Below are positions 35,926-43,758 of a DNA stretch of 64,000 nucleotides, in pieces. Each line of letters opens with the position of its first letter. Within the stretch, counting starts at the first letter, position 1. The notes beneath the pieces are model-generated. The model was not told the origin of the DNA. It worked only from the letters and a program-made list of their open reading frames with translations, and searched no databases. The stretch comes from an uncultured Bifidobacteriaceae bacterium (GTDB lineage Bacteria > Actinomycetota > Acidimicrobiia > IMCC26256 > PALSA-555): the NCBI GenBank assembly GCA_964555735.1, contig CAZKTS010000129.1, forward strand, positions 624-64,623, written 5' to 3'. The position numbers and the translations under genes were made by a program.

Positions 35926-36672
35926 TCAGAGGATCTCGCAGGACTCCCGATAGGGGTCGAGGCGGGTATCGCTCGGGTTGAGCTCGGTCACCAAGACGTC
36001 GATCGCTGCGAGCTCGAACGTCCGTGCCGGTGCGCGGCTGCCCAGCTTCGACGAATCCACCGCGAGGACGACCCGCGTGGCCGATGCGGCGAACGCGATC
36101 TTCACCTCGGCCTCGGCGAGCGATGCCTCACTGGACCCGAACGTCGGGTCGATCGCGGCGGCGCTGACGAAGAGCGTGCTGACCAAGATCTCCCGGGCAG
36201 CTCGGACCGCGAGGGGCCCGACAAGGCTTCCGGTTCGGCGGTCGAGCTCACCCCCGGTGAGGAGCGCGGTGACACCCGAGCGTTCGTGGAGCACCTTGAA
36301 CGTCTCTGGGCCATTGGTGACGACGGTCAGGTCGTGCGCCCGTTCCAGGCGAGTCGCGAGCCGTTGCAGCGTCGACGAGGCGTCGATGCCGACCGCGCCG
36401 CTGGCCGGCACCATCTGGTCGAGCTTTTGCCCGATCGCCGACTTGGCTCGAGCGTGCTCGCGCGATCGCGTGCCGAACTCCTGCGGCGCGATCGCGACGG
36501 CGCCGCCGCGCACGCGTCGGGCGACTCCCTCGTCGGACAAGAGCTCCAGGTCCCGACGGATGGTCATCTCGCTCACTCGCAGGTCCCGCGCGAGCTCGCC
36601 GATGCGGACGTGCCCGTCCCGCTCCAGCGAGGCCCGGATCAGGTCGAGACGATCGAGTGCGTCGACGTTCAT
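35926..36672 (-). CDS. DeoR-family transcriptional regulator
   Basis: 248 aa. N-terminal HTH (IGELARDLRVSEMTIRRDL) plus a DeoR C-terminal sugar-phosphate sensor domain. Confidence 0.85.
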   Translation of the reverse strand: MNVDALDRLDLIRASLERDGHVRIGELARDLRVSEMTIRRDLELLSDEGVARRVRGGAVAIAPQEFGTRSREHARAKSAIGQKLDQMVPASGAVGIDASSTLQRLATRLERAHDLTVVTNGPETFKVLHERSGVTALLTGGELDRRTGSLVGPLAVRAAREILVSTLFVSAAAIDPTFGSSEASLAEAEVKIAFAASATRVVLAVDSSKLGSRAPARTFELAAIDVLVTELNPSDTRLDPYRESCEIL

Positions 36673-37997
36673 CGAGGTACGAGGTCGCTCGTGCCCGCGG
36701 CTCGCGCCTCGTCGAGCGACCGGTAGACGCCGAGGGCTACACCTTGGGTGAGGGCGTTCCCGAGCGCGCTCGCTTCGAGCGGTCCGAGCCGCACCGGGAG
36801 TCCGCTTCGCTCGAGGAGGCGTTGGGTGAACAGGCCCGGGCGCGCGCCGCCGCCGAAGACGCGGATGCCTGATGCTGGCTCGAGCTCCGTGACGAGGCGC
36901 GCGGTGGTGTCGACCATGGACTCGACGATGGCACGTGTGACCACTGCCGGCGCGGCATCCGCGGGAAGGCCGGCTGCCGCGCGGATCTCGGCCGCCATGT
37001 CCGCCGGCGCGAGGAACCGGTCGTCGGTCGTGTCGAACGGCTGCCCCGCGGAACGGACCGACGCGGCCGCGGCGAGGAGCTCAGGGACGCCGGTACCGCC
37101 CCACGCGCGACGGCATTCGTCGAGCAGCCACCATCCCGCGGTGTTGCGCAGGAAACGGACCGCGCCGAAGGTGCCCTGCTCGTTCGCGAACCCAGAACGT
37201 CGGGCAGCTTCGGTTGTGTCCCACGCCGACTGCTCGCGGCCGACGAGCATCCACGTGCCTGTCGACAGGAAGACCTCGCCGGACGCACCGCCCGCGACGA
37301 CGGCCGACGCGGTGTCATGGCCGCCGACGAGGCGGACCGGCGTCCCGCCGAACTCGATCGCCCGCCCGACCAGGGTGCCTGGCTCCTGGATGTCGGGCAG
37401 CAGCTCGGCGTCGAGACCGATCGCATCGCAGAGCTCGGCCGACCAGCCCCCGCTCCGGAGGTCGAAGAGCGACGTCGTCCCTGCGGAGGTGCGCTCGGCC
37501 ACGACGGCGCCGGTCAGCTCGTGGGCGAGGAGCTCGGGCAGCATCAACACGTGGCGGGCGAGGGCCATCTCGGTCTCGTCGTGCGCGGCGAGCTGGAACA
37601 GCGTGTTGATCGGCGAGAGCTGCAGTCCGCTGATCTCGAACAGTCGACGCTCGCCGATCCGCTCCGCCACGGTCCGGTAGCCCGACGTCCGCGCGTCGCG
37701 GTACGACCACGGTGACGCGACGAGCTCGCCCGCCGCGTCGAGCAGTCCGTAGTCGACGCCCCACGTGTCGATCCCGATGGACTCGACGGGCCCGTGCTCG
37801 AGCGCGGCCGCGATGCCGTCGCGCATCACCGTGACCAGGCGGGGCCAGTCCCAGCGCAGGCCGCCGTGGGCATCCCGCACCGGATGGTGCTCGGCGCGGG
37901 TGACAACGCGGAGGGCGACGTGGTCGGCGTCGAGCTCGGCACGGCAGATCCGTACGGACGCCGCACCGAAATCCACCGCGACGACGGGCGTCGTCAT
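36669..37997 (-). CDS. rhaB: Rhamnulokinase (FGGY carbohydrate kinase)
   Basis: 442 aa. VAVDFGAASVR N-terminus and FGGY layout. Sits in an operon with the rhamnose isomerase and aldolase. Confidence 0.8.
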   Translation of the reverse strand: MTTPVVAVDFGAASVRICRAELDADHVALRVVTRAEHHPVRDAHGGLRWDWPRLVTVMRDGIAAALEHGPVESIGIDTWGVDYGLLDAAGELVASPWSYRDARTSGYRTVAERIGERRLFEISGLQLSPINTLFQLAAHDETEMALARHVLMLPELLAHELTGAVVAERTSAGTTSLFDLRSGGWSAELCDAIGLDAELLPDIQEPGTLVGRAIEFGGTPVRLVGGHDTASAVVAGGASGEVFLSTGTWMLVGREQSAWDTTEAARRSGFANEQGTFGAVRFLRNTAGWWLLDECRRAWGGTGVPELLAAAASVRSAGQPFDTTDDRFLAPADMAAEIRAAAGLPADAAPAVVTRAIVESMVDTTARLVTELEPASGIRVFGGGARPGLFTQRLLERSGLPVRLGPLEASALGNALTQGVALGVYRSLDEARAAGTSDLVPR

Positions 37998-38001
37998 GGG
38001 T

Positions 38002-39294
38002 CTAGAGGCCGGTCGCCAGGGCGTCGCTGCCGCGAGCGTCGATCGCGTCCCGCCGGTAGCCGCTCGCGCGGAACGTCGCGAGCGGGTGCAGCGCGGCGCC
38101 GTTGCGCCGGCGAGCCTCCGCGACGAGCGGTCGCACGTCGAAGCGGAACGCGTCGGCGAGCAGCTCTGCAGCCATGGCCGGGTCCGTCGCGTCCTGGTAG
38201 TCGCGCAGTCGGGCGCGATCGACCAGGAGTGCTTGCGCGAGCGTGACCTGGATCTGGTCGGTGGCCTGGATCAGGTCCTCGATCGGGTCCTTGAGGTTGT
38301 GAGAGGCGTCGATCATGTAGCTCAGCGCGGGCAGGGCACCGCCGCCGACCTCGACGAGCTCGAGGAGGATCAGGAAGAACTGGTACGGGTTGATCGAGCC
38401 GACGGTGAGGTCGTCGTCGCCGTACTTCGAGTCGTTGAAGTGGAATCCGCCGAGGCGTCCGGTCATCGCGAGTCGGCTCACGACCTGCTCGATGTTGGTG
38501 CCGGGCAGGTGGTGACCCAGGTCGACGAGGCACTTCGCGCGTGGTCCCGCGTGCTGCGCGAGCAGCAGCGAGGTTCCCCAGTCGGGGTTCACGCTCGCGT
38601 AGAACGCGGGCTCGTAGGGCTTGTGCTCGGTGAACATCTCCCAGTCATGGGGGAGCGCGTCGTGGAGCTCGTGGAGGCACTCGGCGACCCGTTCGAACTG
38701 GTCCCGGAAGCTCGCCTGGCCGGGGTGGTTCATGCCGTCGCCGAGCCACACGGTGAGCGCACGGGAGCCGAGGGCGACACCGAGCTCGATGACCTGACGG
38801 TTGTGCTCGACGGCTCGCTTGCGCACATCGGGGTCCGGGTGGGCAAAGGAACCGAACTTGTACGAGATCTCCCCGTCGGCGGTGGTGGACGGGTTGTCCT
38901 GGAAGGTGTTGGAGTTCATCGCGTCGAAGCCGATGCCCGCCGCCAGCGCGTACTCGCGAAGCGCCGCAGGATCGGACGGGTCGTCCCAGGGCACGTGCAG
39001 GCTGACCGTGCGGTTCGCGCCCGTGACCGCATTGAGCGCGGCGACGTCGTCGATCTTCTCCTCGGTCGTCCTCGGCTCACCGCCGCCCGGGAAGCGACCG
39101 AAGCGGGTGCCACCGGTGCCGACGGCCCAGGAGGGAGCAGCCACCGAGAACTCCGCGACCCCGTCGATCACCTGCTCGGCGTCGACCGTGGTCGCCGCCA
39201 GGCGCTCGCGTGCCTGCGCGAGGGCGAGCTCGTGCGCGGGCAGCGCCTCCGCTTCGATCGCGGCGATGGCGTCGGGTCGGATGCTCGGTGTCAT
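38002..39294 (-). CDS. rhaI: L-rhamnose isomerase (xylose-isomerase-like TIM barrel type)
   Basis: 430 aa. FHFNDSKYGDDDLTVGS and HVPWD motifs typical of actinobacterial/Pseudomonas stutzeri-type RhaI. Confidence 0.85.
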   Translation of the reverse strand: MTPSIRPDAIAAIEAEALPAHELALAQARERLAATTVDAEQVIDGVAEFSVAAPSWAVGTGGTRFGRFPGGGEPRTTEEKIDDVAALNAVTGANRTVSLHVPWDDPSDPAALREYALAAGIGFDAMNSNTFQDNPSTTADGEISYKFGSFAHPDPDVRKRAVEHNRQVIELGVALGSRALTVWLGDGMNHPGQASFRDQFERVAECLHELHDALPHDWEMFTEHKPYEPAFYASVNPDWGTSLLLAQHAGPRAKCLVDLGHHLPGTNIEQVVSRLAMTGRLGGFHFNDSKYGDDDLTVGSINPYQFFLILLELVEVGGGALPALSYMIDASHNLKDPIEDLIQATDQIQVTLAQALLVDRARLRDYQDATDPAMAAELLADAFRFDVRPLVAEARRRNGAALHPLATFRASGYRRDAIDARGSDALATGL

Positions 39295-41327
39295 CGGAGG
39301 AAGGCCTGGGCCACACCACCATCCACCGGGATGATGGTGCCGGTCGTGCGGGCAAGGGAGCCATCGACGAGCGCGAGCACCGCGCTGGCGACGTGTTCGG
39401 GGAGCACCTCGAGCCCCAGGAGCGTGCGGGACGCGTAGAAGCCGCCGAGGTCGTCGGGTTCGACCCCGTGCGCGCTCGCCCGCTGCTCGAGCCAGTCGCC
39501 CGAGAAGATCCCGGACCCGCGGATGACCGCGTCGGGGTTCACGCCGTTGACCCGGATCCCGCGCGGACCGAGCTCAGCCGCGAGGAGGCGAACCTGATGG
39601 GCCTGATCTGCCTTCGCTGCTCCGTACGCGATGTTGTCGGGACCGGCCGCCACCGCGTTCTTCGACACGATGTACACGATGTCACCGGGGAGGCCGGCTC
39701 GCGCGATGAGGTCGGCACCGGCTCGACTCACCAGGAACGAGCCGCGGGCGAGCACGTCGTGGAGCCGGTCCCACGACGCGACGGTCGTGTCGGCCAACGG
39801 CGCCGAGTCCGCGAACCCTGCGTTGTTGACCACGATGTCGACACCGCCGAACCGAAGCGCCGTCGCCCGGAACGCGGCGGCGACGCTTGCCTCGTCGCTC
39901 ACGTCGACCGCGACCGCCATGGTTCGGTCCGTGCCGAGGTCTGCGGCCACCTTCTCGGCCCGCTCGACGTCGATGTCGGCGACGACGGTGCACGCTCCCG
40001 CGACGGTGCACGCGGTCGCGATCGCCCGACCGATGCCCGAGCCGGCACCGGTGACGAACGCGACGTGTCCCCGGAGCGGCGGCGCCGGTGGTCGCATGCG
40101 AAGCTTGCGTTCTTCGAGCTCCCAGTACTCGATGCGGAACGCTTCCTGTTCCGCGATCGGGTCGTAGTGTGCGATGGACTCGGCGCCGCGCATCACGTTG
40201 ATCGCGTTGATGTAGAACTCGCCGGCGACTCGCGCGGTGTGTGCGTCGTCACCGAAGCTCCACATGCCGACGCCGGGAACGAGCACGATCGCCGGATCGG
40301 CGCTCCGGATCGCGGGGGAGTCTGCTCCTGCGTGGCGGTCGTAGTACGCGCGGTAGGCGTCGCGGTAGGTCTGGTGCTCCGCGCGCAGCGCGGCGATCTT
40401 CTCGTCGACGGGTGCGGCTGCGGGGACGTCGACGACGAGCGGCCGGATCTTGGTGCGCAGGAAGTGGTCGGGACACGAGGTGCCGAGCCCGGCGAGGCGC
40501 CGCATCTGCTCGCGGGCGAGGAAGTCCAGCACGACGGGCGCGTCCGAGTAGTGGGCGGCGACGAGGCGGTCGGTGCTGGCGAGACCTCGGATGACCGGAG
40601 CGAGTGCGGCAGCCTGCTCGTGACGCTCGTCGTCGGCCAACGGCGCGGCAGAAGGGATGACCGGGCCGAACGGCTCGGCTCGTCCGTGCTCGGCGAGGAA
40701 GTCGTCCGCGCGGGCGACCAGGGCCATGGAGGTCGCCTCGCAGGCCTCGCTCGTCGCACCCCAGCAGATGAGCCCGTGACCCTGGAGCACCGCGCCGATG
40801 AGATGGGGGTGCTCATGGTGGAGATCCCGCAGCGCGACCGCGAGCTCGAAGCCCGGTCGCTGCCAGGGGAGCCAGCCCACGTCGTCGCCGAAGCACGCCG
40901 CGACCACCGACCGGCTGGTGTCGGCGGCGGCCAGGGCGATGACGCTGTCGGGGTGGAGGTGGTCGACGTGGGCGGCGTCGATCAACGCGTGCAGCGGCGT
41001 GTCGATGGACGGGACCGCCCCGCCGGCTCCGAACCGGCAGTGCTCGTAGAGGGGCACGAGCTCGTCTTCCGAGCACTCGCCGAGGCGCTGCTCCAGCGCG
41101 CGGACCCGGTCGAGCGCCAGGAGCGCGAGCCCGGACTCCGTGAGCGTGGCGAGGTCGCCGCCCGAGCCCTTGACCACCAGCACCGAGACCGGGGCACCGG
41201 TGACCGGGTCGTCGACCGTGACCTTCGCGGAGGTGTTCCCGCCCCCGAAGTTCGTGATCCGCCGATCGGCCCCGAGCCGGTGCGAGCGCTCGAGCAGGCG
41301 TTGGACATCGGGACTCATGTGCTTCAC
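39291..41327 (-). CDS. Bifunctional rhamnulose-1-phosphate aldolase / short-chain dehydrogenase (RhaEW-type)
   Basis: 678 aa. N-terminal class II aldolase (NFGGGNTSAK) plus C-terminal SDR (TGAGSGIGRA...YGAAK). Start is GTG 41327 or ATG 41318. Confidence 0.85.
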   Translation of the reverse strand: MKHMSPDVQRLLERSHRLGADRRITNFGGGNTSAKVTVDDPVTGAPVSVLVVKGSGGDLATLTESGLALLALDRVRALEQRLGECSEDELVPLYEHCRFGAGGAVPSIDTPLHALIDAAHVDHLHPDSVIALAAADTSRSVVAACFGDDVGWLPWQRPGFELAVALRDLHHEHPHLIGAVLQGHGLICWGATSEACEATSMALVARADDFLAEHGRAEPFGPVIPSAAPLADDERHEQAAALAPVIRGLASTDRLVAAHYSDAPVVLDFLAREQMRRLAGLGTSCPDHFLRTKIRPLVVDVPAAAPVDEKIAALRAEHQTYRDAYRAYYDRHAGADSPAIRSADPAIVLVPGVGMWSFGDDAHTARVAGEFYINAINVMRGAESIAHYDPIAEQEAFRIEYWELEERKLRMRPPAPPLRGHVAFVTGAGSGIGRAIATACTVAGACTVVADIDVERAEKVAADLGTDRTMAVAVDVSDEASVAAAFRATALRFGGVDIVVNNAGFADSAPLADTTVASWDRLHDVLARGSFLVSRAGADLIARAGLPGDIVYIVSKNAVAAGPDNIAYGAAKADQAHQVRLLAAELGPRGIRVNGVNPDAVIRGSGIFSGDWLEQRASAHGVEPDDLGGFYASRTLLGLEVLPEHVASAVLALVDGSLARTTGTIIPVDGGVAQAFLR

Positions 41328-41353
41328 TGTTTAATCGCACAGGCATCAAACAG
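41327..41353. promoter_or_regulatory. Inverted repeat CTGTTT-N15-AAACAG in the AT-richer divergent region
   Basis: Read directly. Sits at the 5' end of the rhamnose operon, between it and the ABC transporter genes. Candidate DeoR operator. Confidence 0.3.
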
Positions 41354-41553
41354 CAAGATCGCGGGCCGCAAGGTCCTACCAGCTGCTTGCGGAGGGTAGG
41401 TCTGTTCGTTAGCGTCCGATCGCACACGAACGCTCAGGCGTTCGGCGAAGCGCGAGGGGGGAGCGGCGTGGTGCCCAGAACCGTGACGAGCGGGTTGCGG
41501 CGAGAGATAACGCTGGTACATTCCCGCGCTTGCCCGGGGACGGCGGTGCACGC

Positions 41554-43758
41554 GTGACGCAGACGTCGGACGACGCGAGCGCTTCTGACCTCGCGGTCGC
41601 GGTCCTCGACGCCGAGGCCGAGCGCGAGGCGCGCCAAGCCGCCGAACAGCACGAGGTGGTCTTCCCCGACGACCTCCTGCCCGGCGTCGGCGGGCCGCAG
41701 CTCACGCTGCGCGAAGGCCTGCGCGTCGGCGGGATCGCCACGTTCGTCGTGTTGCTCATCCTCGCGTCGCTCGACGAGCTCGAGGCCGCGGCGCTCAGCG
41801 TCCTTGCCCCCGATCTGCGCGACGCGCTCGGCGTGAGCAACGGCACCATCGTCTTCCTCGCCGCGGCGTCGGGTGCCTTCATCGTGCTCGGTGCCCTCCC
41901 GATGGGATGGCTCGCCGATCGCCACCGCCGGCCGCCGATCATCGGCTGGGCCAACATCGCGTTCGCGGCGTTCGTCACCTGCTGTGGACTCGTGACGAGC
42001 GCCTTCCAGCTCTTCTGGGCGCGTCTCGGTGTCGGCATCGCGAAGTCGAACAACATCCCCGTGCACTCGTCGTTGATCGCGGACACCTACCCGATCACGG
42101 TGCGCGGCCGCATCAGCGCCTCGATGGCCATGGGCGCGCGTCTCGTCGGCGTCCTGAGTCCCGTCCTGGTCGGCGGCATCGTCGCATTGGCCGGCGGCGA
42201 CGACGCCTGGCGGTGGCCGTTCCTCCTGCTCGGGTTCCCGGTGGCGATCGTCGCCCTCTTCGCCTTCAAGCTCCGCGAGCCGCCGCGAGGCCAGTTCGAG
42301 ATGCAGGACGTCCTCGGCGAGGTCATCGACGACGCGCAGCCCGCCCCGATCTCCGTGGAAGCGGCGTTCGCCCGCCTCTGGCAGATCCGGACGATCAAGA
42401 CCGTGATCGTCGCGTTTGCCGCGATGGGCTTCGGTCTCTTCACCGGCCCGGTGCTCGCGAACCTCTACATGGACGAGCACTTCGGCACGAAGGCCTTCGA
42501 ACGAGGCGTGCTCGGCACCGTCGGCGGTCTCGGGGTGCTGCTCGTCCTCCCGTTCGTCGGACGCCACTACGACCGGCTGTACCGCCGAGACCCCGCTCGC
42601 GCGCTGGGTCTGCTGGGCATCGTGATCCTGCCGGCAGCGTTGCTCGCACCCGTCCAGTACTTCATGCCGAACGTCGTGCTGTTCACGATCCTCGGCATCC
42701 CGCAGCTCATCCTGTTGACGATCTCGTACACGATGGTCGCGCCCGTCTTGCAGTCCGTCGTCCCGTACCGCCTGCGCGGCATGGGCGCGGCACTGGGTGC
42801 GATCTACATCTTCTTCATCGGCGCCACGGGCGGAGCGCTGCTCTCGGCCCTGCTCACCGACGAGTTCGGTCCCCGGGTCGCGGCCCTCACGCTCGTCATC
42901 CCGTCGACGCTGATCGGTGGCTTCCTGATCATTCGCGGCGCGTCGTTCATCAAGAACGACCTCTCCCTCGTCGTCGCCGAGCTCCGAGAGGAGCTCGACG
43001 AGCACCAGCGTCAACAAGCTGCCCCCGATGACATCCCGGCACTCCAGGTGAACGACATCGACTTCGCGTACGGACCCGTCCAGGTGCTCTTCGACGTCGA
43101 CTTCGAGGTTCGACGGGGTGAGGTCCTCGCGCTCCTCGGCACCAACGGCGCCGGGAAGTCCACGCTCCTGCGTGCCATCGCCGGACTCGGGACGCCGGCG
43201 CGCGGCGTCGTGCGACTCCACGGGCGCACGATCACGTACACGACCCCCGAACAGCGCGCCCGGATGGGTATCCGGATGCTGCTCGGCGGCAAGGGCGTCT
43301 TCCCTGCGATGACGGTGCGGGAGAACCTCGAGATGGCCGCGTTCGTCTACCGGGACGACCGCGACGACTTCGACCGGCGGCTGCGCCGCGCCGTGGACCT
43401 GTTCCCGACGCTCGGCGACAAGCACGGCGCGCTCGCGTCGACGCTTTCCGGGGGCCAGCAGCAGATGCTCGCCCTCGCGATGACGCTCCTGCACGATCCG
43501 GAGGTCCTCGCGATCGACGAGCTCTCCCTCGGGCTCGCGCCCGTGCTCGTCCAGGAGCTGCTCTCGGTGCTCGAGCGCCTCAAGGCCGAGGGGATGACGA
43601 TCATCCTCGTCGAGCAGTCGCTCAACATCGCCCTCTCGGTCGCCGACCGCGCGGTGTTCCTCGAGAAGGGCCAGGTTCGATTCAGCGGCCCCGCCGGCGA
43701 TCTCGTCGGCCGTGACGATCTCGCGCGCGCGGTGTTCCTCGGCACGGAGGGCGGCTAG
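41554..43758 (+). CDS. Fusion: MFS-type membrane domain + LivF-like ABC ATPase
   Basis: N-terminal ~460 aa is multi-TM with MFS motif A (GWLADRHRRPPI). C-terminus has GTNGAGKSTL (Walker A), LSGGQQQMLAL (signature) and LAIDELSLGL (Walker B). GTG start 41554 (alternative 41530). Confidence 0.8.
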   Translation: MTQTSDDASASDLAVAVLDAEAEREARQAAEQHEVVFPDDLLPGVGGPQLTLREGLRVGGIATFVVLLILASLDELEAAALSVLAPDLRDALGVSNGTIVFLAAASGAFIVLGALPMGWLADRHRRPPIIGWANIAFAAFVTCCGLVTSAFQLFWARLGVGIAKSNNIPVHSSLIADTYPITVRGRISASMAMGARLVGVLSPVLVGGIVALAGGDDAWRWPFLLLGFPVAIVALFAFKLREPPRGQFEMQDVLGEVIDDAQPAPISVEAAFARLWQIRTIKTVIVAFAAMGFGLFTGPVLANLYMDEHFGTKAFERGVLGTVGGLGVLLVLPFVGRHYDRLYRRDPARALGLLGIVILPAALLAPVQYFMPNVVLFTILGIPQLILLTISYTMVAPVLQSVVPYRLRGMGAALGAIYIFFIGATGGALLSALLTDEFGPRVAALTLVIPSTLIGGFLIIRGASFIKNDLSLVVAELREELDEHQRQQAAPDDIPALQVNDIDFAYGPVQVLFDVDFEVRRGEVLALLGTNGAGKSTLLRAIAGLGTPARGVVRLHGRTITYTTPEQRARMGIRMLLGGKGVFPAMTVRENLEMAAFVYRDDRDDFDRRLRRAVDLFPTLGDKHGALASTLSGGQQQMLALAMTLLHDPEVLAIDELSLGLAPVLVQELLSVLERLKAEGMTIILVEQSLNIALSVADRAVFLEKGQVRFSGPAGDLVGRDDLARAVFLGTEGG

